Source: the human T2T-CHM13v2.0 reference genome, Homo sapiens. From it: a stretch of DNA of 64,000 bases. The stretch lies in assembly GCF_009914755.1 (NCBI RefSeq), contig NC_060934.1; one strand, written 5' to 3'. Below are positions 15,398 through 27,222 of this stretch, one piece after another. Position 1 is the first letter of the stretch. Every line of letters begins with the position of its first letter. The notes beneath the pieces were generated by a model. That model did not search any database. It was not told where the DNA came from and worked only from the letters and a program-made list of their open reading frames with translations. The position numbers and the translations under genes were made by a program.

Positions 15398-16144
15398 CTC
15401 AGCCTTTCTTAGAGGCCAGGATGTCAGTTCCAGGATGTGCGAGAAACTTATAGAGAAATAATGTGGAAAATTGTAGACAAAAACGTAGGAAAGAGTTTGG
15501 TGCTCATTGCTTACAGATTAGGGTACCATACATGATTGTTTTCTTGACTGAGTCTTATCTGTGTACCTCAGGTATTTGGAATTTGTGTTTAGCATTTTAT
15601 AGTAATACACAACAAATTAGTTTTTATATTAATATTTGCCTGCTTTTAACCTGTTGTTCATATCTATTTAGAAGAATTTCAAAGATAGGCTGTAAGTGTC
15701 AGAAGGCTTGTGACTAAATTTTAGCTAAAAGAGGGGAACTTAGGTTTTCCACATTCCTAACCTATGCTAAGAGTTGTTAATTTTTAATGATACTATTTAG
15801 TGATCATAAAGCTGGATATTTTCATTTTTCCTTTACAAAATTTAATATCTTAAGATTTTCAGTTTTCCTTTACAAAATTTAATATTAAACTTCCTTGGCT
15901 TATACTATGAGATACAATATAGTAAAGCATGCAGGTTCTAAAATTAGCTAAATCAAGTCTTGAATATTGTCTTTGTCACTAGTGGTATGATCCTGAACTT
16001 ATTTCCTTATCTGTAAATGGATACTATAGTAAGGGCATGCAGTGATGGTAGCTGCTTTTATCATGATCGTTATAAACATTATTGCTATTATTGGAGAGTA
16101 ATTGATATCCTGAGACTGCTTATTTATTTCAAAGTGAAATATCT

Positions 16145-16444
16145 TTTTTTTCCTTTTTTTTTTTTGAGACAGTCTTGCTCTGTTGTCCAGGCTAGAGTGC
16201 AGTGGCACAATCTCGACTCACAGCAACCTCTGCCTACTGGGCTCTAGTTGCCCTCCTACCTCAAACTTCCGGGTAGCTGAGACTACAGGCACACGACCAC
16301 ACTTGGCTCATTTTTCTATTTTTTTTGTGGAGATAGGGTTTCACCATGTTGTCCAGGCTGGTATCGAACTCCCCAGCTCAAGTGATCTGCCTGCCTCAGC
16401 CTCCCAAAGTGCTGGGATTACAGATGTGAGCCACTGCACTTGGC
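16145..16444 (-). mobile_element. AluJ
   Basis: Diverged antisense dimer. Confidence 0.9.
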
Positions 16445-16554
16445 TATATCCTATATTTTTAACTACATATCATACTGACAGGGTTCTGCCATTGAAGAAT
16501 CCATAGTCTAGTTTGTTGGTTTTTTTGTTTTGTTTTGTTTTTTAACCTTTTCGG

Positions 16555-17180
16555 GGTTGCAGTTAGTTTAGGCGATCTGCAAAGTCTGAGGGAATTGTAG
16601 TGCCTAAAAGGCTGCTCCTACTTCAGAAACTAGTTTCATGTTTAGAGGCCCCCACAACCACTCTTAGGTTTGATAACTTGCTAGAAAGGACTTAGAATTC
16701 ACTGAAAACAATTATACTCACAGTTTATTACAGGGAAAGGACACAGGTTAAAATTAGCCAAAAGAAGAGACACATAGGGCAGAATCTCGGAAGGATCCAA
16801 TTGTAGAACTTCCTGTCATCCTCTCCCCATGGAGTCATGGATGGCATTACTGCCTCCCAGCCGCAGTGTGTGACAATACTCACAGAGTATTACCAACCAT
16901 GAAATTGACCTGAGCCTTTGGTGTCCAGGTATTCACTGGGGCTCTATCACATACTGCTCACATGGCTGACTTCTAGTCTCTTATTTCCTCCTGGTGTTGA
17001 AACTTATAGGTATGGTTTAGTGCCCCCAACATGAATCACATTTGTCCAGTCGCTAAATCTCTCAGGCAAGCAGAGATACTCTCACCAGACAAGAAGTTCC
17101 AGGGGCCCAGAGACCGCTTTCCAGTAGCCAAGAGGAAAGGCCATTCCTTTCTTTGGTGAAGAGTAATTCTTCACTACACA
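16555..17180 (-). mobile_element. MER21-family ERV LTR
   Basis: Diagnostic cccc..accac..aggtttgata..ttgctagaaagga...ttatactcacagtttattacag..aaagga.acag.ttaaaat.agccaa. Confidence 0.65.
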
Positions 17181-17874
17181 GGGGTCATGGATCTCTTTGG
17201 GAATCTGATGAGAACTATTGATCTTGGGTATTTGGCAACATTGTGTTGAATACTTTACATACATATATAGATGTTTATTATATTTCTATTTTGTGAAATG
17301 ATTGAGAGCTATTAAATCACATAATTCTGAAAGTGTAATCTCCCAAGCTGATAAATTCTAGGAAGGGAATGTTCAAGGAGCTGTAAGAATATATAAAAGG
17401 GGGACCCAATCTAACCTGAAGTTTGAGGTAAAGAAGATCAGGTAATCAATGTTTAAGAGCTGAAGGATGAATAGGAATTAACTCGATAACAGGGAGGAAT
17501 GGAGGAGAAGGAGGACATTTCAGGCCTAAGGAAGAGTCAGTGCAAAGGCCCCAAGAGCCAGTGAGGCTTGGTGCATTTAAGGACCCTACTGAAAACAAGA
17601 CTGTTGTTTCAGAGAATAAAGAGAAAGGGGAGAATAGAGTGAGAAAAGACTGGGGAAGCTTGATCACTGAGGTCTTATGGGCCATTCAAAGTGTGTAGTT
17701 TAGTCTTGATTCTAAGAATAGTAAGTCACTGAAAGGATTTAAGCACAAGTTTTACCTGATCTGATTTGCATTACTCTGGCTATAAGAAGATGCATTTAGA
17801 TATGTTACTCTGGCTATAAAAAGGATAATTTCAGTAGTTGAAGAGAGAGATGATGGCAGCTTGGTTTTGGACCC

Positions 17875-18360
17875 AGGATCTTTAAATTCTTAAAAAATTA
17901 TTGAGGACCCCAAAGTGCTTTTGTTTATATGGCTTATATCTATTGATATTCACTATATTTGTAATAGGAATTAAGAAAAAAAAATTAAATATTCTTTAAT
18001 TCACCTAAAGACTATAATAAACCTGTGGCATATAATGCAAATAACATTTTTATGAAAAATATATTTTTCAAAAAAAATTAAGACTAGTGTATTACATTTT
18101 TATGAATCTCTTTAATGTCTGGATTAAGAAAAGACAGCTGGATTCTCATGTCTGCTTCTGCACTCAATCTATTGTGGTTTGTTATTTTGGTTGACATATG
18201 TGAGTAATATCTGACCTGGCATAGGTATATAGTTTGAAAGGGAAAGATATTTTAATACCATTTTCAGGTAGTTGCAGTTTCTTGAAGATTAGTTGCAGTA
18301 TGGTATCTGAAGCCTTATCAATGAACTTCCTCTGTTATTGTATTAAAATCCATTGGTCTC
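17875..18360. mobile_element. Charlie1-family hAT DNA transposon fragment
   Basis: ttaaaaaattattgaggaccccaaag.gcttttgtttat...atatctattgatatt motif. Confidence 0.7.
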
Positions 18361-18361
18361 A

Positions 18362-18660
18362 GTTTTTTTCAATAAATTATGCTGGAACAATTGGATATCC
18401 TTGTGCAAAACAATGAACCTCAACGGTTATACTGCACTATATACATAAATTAATTTGAAATGGATCATAGACCTAAATCGGAGTTAACATGTATAAAACT
18501 AATAGAAAATGTGGCAAAAATAATCATTGTGACTTTGGGTTAGGCAGAGATTTCTTAGCTAAGATACAAAAAATATGAACCATAAAAGAAATAACTGATA
18601 AATTGGACTTCATCACTGTTTAAAAATTCTGCTTTTCAAAAGACACTTTAAAAAAATGAG
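18362..18660 (+). mobile_element. Old L1M ORF2 3' fragment
   Basis: ttcaataaat..tgctggaacaattggatatcc...aaatggatcatagacctaaat...gataaattggacttcatc. Confidence 0.8.
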
Positions 18661-18664
18661 CAGG

Positions 18665-18953
18665 AACCAGGTACAGCAGTGCATGCCTGTAGTCCCAGCT
18701 ACTCAGGAAGCTGAGGCGGGAGGATTGCTTAAGCCCAGGAGTTCAGGGCTATAGTGCCTGTGAAAAACCACTGCTTAAGAACAGCCTGACCAACATGGCT
18801 GAAACCCCGTCTCTACTAAAAACGCAAATTTAGTAGAGACGGGGTTTCAGCCATGTTGGCCAGGCTGTTCTTAAACTCCTGTCTTCAGGTGATCTGCCCA
18901 CCTCGGCCTCCTAAAGTCCTGGGATTACTGGCATGAGCCACTGCACCTGGCCT
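18665..18953. mobile_element. FAM-like monomer (+) fused to an antisense Alu left monomer through a 46-bp-arm palindrome
   Basis: FAM-diagnostic gcctgtgaa..accactgc at ~18756-18774; inverted repeat arms 18775-18820 and 18829-18874; antisense left monomer continues to ~18953. Confidence 0.85.
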
Positions 18954-19229
18954 CAACAAGATTATTATTATGTCTTATGTAGCAAAAATGGGCTTATGTA
19001 CTGGTTTTACCCTATCAATTCAATAATTTGTTCTATGTCAGGTTCAGCACACACAGGTGCTTGATAATACTGGTTGACTAATAGGCAGAAACTGGATTTG
19101 AATCTAGTATCTTCTCTGCCCACCTACTGGAATTACAGCAGTCTTAGTGCATTTGCATCCTTCTGGTTTAGGTTTTATTTTATTTACCTAGATTTTTATT
19201 TAGGTAAATTATTTACTTAGATTTTTATT

Positions 19230-19815
19230 TAGGTAAAATTTACATACAGTGAGATACATGGATCATAAGTGTACTCTTAGGTGAGTTTTGACAAATGTAT
19301 ACTTTTGTGTAACCTTCAATTTCAAGATACACAACAGTTTCATAATCTGAGTTTCCTCATACTCCTTTCCAGTCTGTACCCATCCCCCATATGCAATTAC
19401 TGTTCTGATTTGTCACCAAGAATTTGTGTTGCCTATTCTTGAACTTACTTCATATAAATGCCATCATATAGTGTACATTCTTTGTGTCTGTTTTCTTTCA
19501 ATCAGTATGATGTTTTTAAGATTTATCCATGTTACGTATATCAGTAGTTCTCTTTTATTGTTAAATATATTTCATTATATTAGTACACCACAATTTGTTT
19601 ATCCATTCATTTATTGATAGGTATTTGGATTGTTTCCAATTTTGGCCTATTATTAATAAAGCTACTATAAACAGTTTTGTATAAGTCTTTTTTTTGGCAT
19701 GTATTTTTATTTCTCTTAGGTACATGTCTAAGAATGGAATTTGTTGGGTCATAGAGTAAGTGTATTTTTAACTTTAAAAGAGACAGTGAAGCAATTCTTC
19801 AAAGTGGTTGTCACA
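19230..19815 (-). mobile_element. L1ME-type 3' end
   Basis: aaatttacatacagtga...gagttttgacaaatgtata...agatttatccatgtt...ccacaatttgtttatccattc. Confidence 0.75.
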
Positions 19816-20328
19816 GGAATACCCATTTTTACTAATATTGACAAATATGTTAATGAAATGTCTCATTTAATGTAATGGCTTCATGACTTTTTTTTTTTGA
19901 TCATTGGATTCTTTTAGTAAGTTTGAAGCATCTTAAGTCAAAATTCTTATGGCAATAAAGAAGGAGAAGCTATGGAGTCATTGCTGAATTTGTTGGATTA
20001 TTCCCAGTAGCTCAAATTGAAACCACAGCATTGAGATGGTTTGAAAACTAGTGACAGGGAAGATGCTGAAAAAAGTTGTTAGAATAAATTCTATGGGGAT
20101 ATGTTTAGTTTGAGGATATTTTTATTTTCATCATTCCATTGATTTATCCTGGAAAGTGTATGAGTGATTAGAAGATTTCTGTTGATTACCAGTAGATATA
20201 TTTGATGGAATCATTTGCTCATTCCCAGCAAATGGTGATCCTATAATCTATAATATTAAATGAGAATGAGCAATAGAGTTAAAGTAATTAAAAATAGCTG
20301 AGTAATTAAGATTCTTTATTTTGCTTTA

Positions 20329-20644
<316 letters not shown>

Positions 20645-20696
<52 letters not shown>
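20645..20696. repeat. (TAGA)n tetranucleotide STR, about 13 units, derived from the Alu tail
   Basis: Perfect tagatagataga... run directly after the Alu A-tail. Confidence 0.95.
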
Positions 20697-20697
<1 letters not shown>

Positions 20698-22185
20698 TTA
20701 TATGGCCCTAGAATACTTTAGCTATCAAGTGTAACCAGTAATTTTAGGAAAATCTTGAGCTAAGTGAAACGTGATATTTTAACATTAGCTAGGGTTCCAT
20801 GTCAAAGGTTGAAATTGTATTGAATTCAGGAGAGATGTTGTATTTTATTCCTTAAGAATGCTTACAAGTCTACTGAATTTTACCATGTACAAAGTGAAAT
20901 GTTAAAATGGAACAATACAGGAAAATTAGGCATTATTCATTATATATATGGAAAACTTAATTTTACATTTGAGATTTTAGAGGAATATGGATTATCGAAT
21001 TGAATATACATTAACATTCAAATTCTATTACAAAACAATACCATAAGGAAAATTATCCTGTGACAGAAATGCTTCTCATTCTGTAGCTGATACCCTCTCT
21101 ATTGTATATGAATAATTTCTGTGTAGCACAATTTCTGTATAATAAATGTAGTTATTTTTTATGTATATGTTAACATTTGACTTGTATTTATCCCAGCTAC
21201 ACCCTTCACCTTAGGGGTTTGCAGGGAATGACAAATCAAACATGTTTTTGTTTGTTTGTGCAGAAATGTTTTGTTCTCCTAATAAAATGAATTATTGTTT
21301 ATTATGGAATATGTACATTATTTGGTAAATATATAAACAAGAGTATCACCCATATGCCTTCCACTTTAAGATAATTATTGCTAGATTAACATGTTAGTGT
21401 CCTTTGATCTGAAATGACTTATCCATCCATGTGTGCCTGTGCGTGCACACACACACACGCCCAAATAATGGTTTCATTTTTAAGTATTTTATTACATTTA
21501 ATTAAATTATGAGATATACAGTTAAAACATTTAATATTCATTGTAGAAAATAGAAGTAGAAAGAAGGAAGGATTTTAAATGTCCTCCCAGAGATTACCGT
21601 TTCAGTGATACTAGTAATTTCTGAATTTCACCTATATCATATTGCTCAAATTCTACATTCATCATCTGGTAATACTGATTTTGGTCACTGTTTATCTCAT
21701 AGATAGCTGCTCACATGTTTTTGAATTGAACAAAGTTTGAATTTGGCTTATATCTGACCACCACCTCCCTCTCATGTAATTGTTAGTCATTTCAAATTTT
21801 GCAGTTCCCCAAAGGTGCAGTGTGTTCTTTTATATATCTGTGTCTTTGCATATACCGTTCTGCTTACCTGAAAAAACCCCTCCACAAACACCTATTGTCC
21901 CTTACCCACTCTCTGCCTTTGTCTACCTAATCTTCAAGATTCAGCTCAAGCTGAGCTAGAATTAAAGTCTTCCCTGATCTTTATCTTCGCTCTCTTAAAC
22001 TAGTCAGAGGATCTGTACCCAGAGCATGCATGGAATTCTGTGCCCTGTAAAATTGACATGAAGAAAAGGAGTATTCATTTTCGTACTTGATTCTTTAACA
22101 AAAAATTCCTGATTGGGTCTAACTTTTTACGTGTGTTGGATTAGATGGTCATATACAGAAGGGAAAGAATAGCAATATAAGTCTT

Positions 22186-22478
<293 letters not shown>

Positions 22479-24460
22479 TCATTAGCAATATAAGTAATCT
22501 AATTTTATGTTTTTATGTCTCACACATACACATACATATATACTACATTGTGTCAAATTAGTAAGTACAAAACTTTTGTGTATGAATTTCAGTTTTCTAT
22601 TTAAAAGAAAGTACATAATTAGTTTTACCAAAATATAGTTGCTACTGTTCATTGTAGTTTCTACCCTTTATATGAGCCATTGTTTGGGGGAGTACTTGTT
22701 TTGTTACTGGTAATAAACTACAAGGGAAATTTGTAATATAATATTAGTATATTTCCCCTAGATTTTTAAAAAGCAGGTCATTATTTTTTTAAGCACTTCA
22801 ACTGCAGCACAGTGCAATCTTTTGGGGAGAATTGGTAAAATGAGGATAAAATTAGTACAGGATTCCAGCAGCTTGAAAATAACACAATATTTGACCAAAA
22901 TCTCTTTTGTATTCCCTACTCTGGTTCAATTCCAGTAGTCCTGGAAATGTGCCTATGGACTATTTACAGTGAGATTATAAAACTGAATCATGATTTTGGT
23001 GAATAGAAGCCAGAGCATGTGGCTACAGCACCCCAGCTGGCAGTAAGCTCTCCCTAGGTTTATGAATGTAGTTAGATGGTCCCCAACTGTTTACAAGACA
23101 GCAGAGGTGAGATATTTGATTGACAAGTCAGAAATGCATTAGATCATTCTCTCTGCCAGTCTCTGGTTCATGCTGTTAAAAATGTCAGCCTCCAAGTTTG
23201 AATGGCAGCCTGAGGGCCTTAGAAGCTTTTTGTTTTCTGAGATGGAAACACAAATTGGATGTGTGCCTGAGCGCTTCATCCTGGGCTGTAATTTCATCTT
23301 TTAGCTAAGAACCACAAGGTACACGAGCAAAGCACCCTGTAAACAATAATACTGTGGAAAAAAAATAAACAAGGTCGTGTTTCTGGTACGTTGATCCGAT
23401 GGTGTCCTGACCTCTATCACGTTGAACATCTCCACTCTGATTGCTGTTCCCTTTGGCATTACAATGAGAGAAAGAGAGACTGACATACTATGAAGAAAAG
23501 ATTTAAAGTTGCAGTATCGTTGCACATTCCTTGTATTGGCTATGAAATATTGAACTGTCAGAATGTGACACTTGGTTTTTTAAGCAACCTTTCTTGTTTG
23601 AGGTGTTTGCAGTTCATTCCTTTCTCCCCCATTTGTCTGCTTTCATTGATAGGGTTGGAAGTAGTTGCCTTAAATGCATGAAAAGGGACAGTGTTAAAGA
23701 GAAGTGGTGCTGATGGAGCCAAACAAACTTAACACTAGAAAATAAATGCAGGCTGTGGGGCAAAGGAGATAAAGTTGGGTTAGTGTATTATTAATAGTGG
23801 AATTTATGGAACACCCTATTGTAAGGAAGAATCAGGTTAGGTCCCATTTCTGTTTTTGTGGAGGCAGGAAGTTGGGAAGGTGGTATTGGGTAAAGAGATG
23901 CAGTGACATAGTTTGTTAAACTGATAGCCTACTATATGGCAGTATTGCCAGGCCAATCAGAATTCACCCAGCTATTTTATTTATTGCTCTTATTATCCAG
24001 TGTCTTTAACAAGTGGTGAAATTATAGAAGACTTTAAAATTTGGGGAAGAAAAATATTTTTTTAATGTGGAAAATGTGTATTTATAGTAAGAAAGCTCAT
24101 TAGGTAATATGGAAGAAACATTATGCTTATATTAGTCCAGCTTATGCCAAATGAATAGAAAATCTTCCTTATAAAACCACCATATATTTCTTGGAAAATA
24201 TTTTGTAGTAATAAAATGAGTTTTCTATTATGTTTTAAATTACATCTTTTTTTTCAAGCTATGAGTAGGAGTTTATAAATTACAATACATCTTAAAACAA
24301 CATATATATTTTTTCTTCTAAGGAAGCACTATTGATGTATGCTTTCATTTTCATCCCTTTTGGGGCATTGAATTTACAAGTAAAGTTTTAACTGAGAATG
24401 AATGGCCTTTTGCAGTTCTTCTGGAGTATGGAAAAGAGTTTGTATTGAAAGTTCCTCAAT

Positions 24461-24823
<363 letters not shown>

Positions 24824-25619
24824 CTAGTGAAATGCACTGGAAAAATGGTGTTGGTAATTCCTGCTTTGAGGTTATGCTAGAAAGAGAGAAGATAATACTT
24901 GTAAAATATAAGTCCTGCTCCTTTGTAGCCAGATTTTTGTCCTTACTTAAAAATATTGTGCTCAGAAAGTAATACCAAAAGGAGGGATATTAAGAACTAG
25001 TTATTGTTGTTTTTAAGTATTGCTCTGAATTTTTAAAGCATAAACATTGATGTAGATTTGCATTTGAGCTATGAGAACCCACTGTCTTGACTCAGTGGGG
25101 GAGTTTTCAAAAATCATTCTTGTAGAAATTGATTTCTCATTGGCTGATTTCTACAGGATGAATGAAAACAAACCATTTTTTGCAGTCTTAGAAGAATAAG
25201 AGGAATGCAAGTGTTTAAGAAATGAGACTGAAATATGCTTTATGGAGTTTTCTAAATCTGGTACAAAGAAACTACAAAATTTCTTCTTATGTATTATGCA
25301 TCAATACAGTGAAAATGCCTCACAGCTTATGGGCTTTTTACAACCACACCTTCACAATTAATGATTAGCTTTATTATTTAAACTCCAGGCTTGCCTCATG
25401 AGCAAACATCAGTGTATTCATAGAACCATAGAATTTCAGCATTGGACCAGACATCAGAGGCCATCTAGTCACATACGTCTCATAATGTAGAAATCCTTTA
25501 TGAAATGTGTTTGGAAGGGAGTCATCTAATCTCTCCCTGATCACTACCATTATTGGTGAATCAAACTTCTTGAAGCATCTTGCTTTTACTTTGTTGGTTC
25601 TACTAGAAAGTTTTTTCTT

Positions 25620-25923
25620 GGCCGGGCGTGGTGGCTCATGCCTATAATCCCAGCACTGTGGGAGGCTGAGGCGGGCGGATTGCCTGAGCTCACGAATTTG
25701 AGACCAGCCTGGGTAGCATGGTGAAACCCAGTCACTACTAAAAATCCAAAAAATTAGCCAGGCGTGGTAGTACATGCCTGTGATCCCAGCTGCTTGGGAG
25801 GCTAAGGCACGCGAATCGCTTGAACCTGGGAGGCGGAGATAGCAGTGAGCCGAGATCACACCCACTGCACTGCAGCCTGGGTGACAGAGTGAGACTGTCT
25901 CAAAAAAAAAAAAAAAAAAAAAA
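25620..25923 (+). mobile_element. AluS
   Basis: Full dimer with long A-tail. Confidence 0.95.
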
Positions 25924-26283
25924 GTGTAATAAGTCAGAATACAATGTAGACACGTCTTGTTTTGAACACAATTTAAATAATGTAATTTAATTACTGCCTA
26001 AGATTGCATATACTTCTTTGATTTGAATGATGGAAAAATTTCTAGGAACTTAGCCTGGGTTTGTTTCCTCATCTTTTCTTTGAAGCCAGAAAAGCATAGA
26101 AAAGCATATGTAAGCACTTTGACAAATGACATAATGTAGCGGCATATCAGAGTGGCACAGGTATTTTAAACCTAGCTCCAGTTCCTGAAGATGGTGAACA
26201 TCTGCTTAGAGGTACTGTAGAGCTCCACAATGCACTAATTGAATTACTCTTTTCTGGAGTTGCGACTGCACTAATTGAATTAG

Positions 26284-26285
<2 letters not shown>

Positions 26286-26338
<53 letters not shown>

Positions 26339-26360
26339 GTGTGTATGTGTGTGTGTGTGT
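26286..26360. repeat. Compound (TC)n(TG)n microsatellite
   Basis: About 23 TC units followed by an interrupted TG run. Confidence 0.95.
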
Positions 26361-26908
26361 AAATGAGATAATTCCAACCTTAACGGGAGAGACTATGAGA
26401 GACATGACTGATGGTGTGTACTGTGCTGCTATCTAATGGCAGCCTATGGAACTACTACGTGGTCTCCAGGGAAGAGAAAATACAGCGTGACCTCAGTCTA
26501 ACCCCATCCAGTTTAGTTCAGAAGGTCCCAGGATGTAATTTTGTAATTCTAAATTGAAAAGGAAAGAATGTGATAAATTTCTGTATTAAAAATTAAGATA
26601 TATTTTATTAGGCATAAAGTTTTTAAGTACTAAGTTACAAATATTCAACTGAATTAAAAATTTCCTTTAACTGGTGAAAAAAAATCGAGTTGGTGGGTCA
26701 TCTTTTTTCTCATTTTGTCCTTCAGTGACATAAACGTAAAAAGGAATTAACGTTTTTGAAATGTCTTAGCATCATAGAAAGGATAAATGATACAGGGCTT
26801 GTTCATATTTTTAAATACAATTTTTTTCCTGGTTGTTAGAAATAAGGTGTTACCAGATTTTGCTTGTATGTGATTATGCTTATATTAATTATAGCAGTAT
26901 CAAAGTAA

Positions 26909-27222
<314 letters not shown>

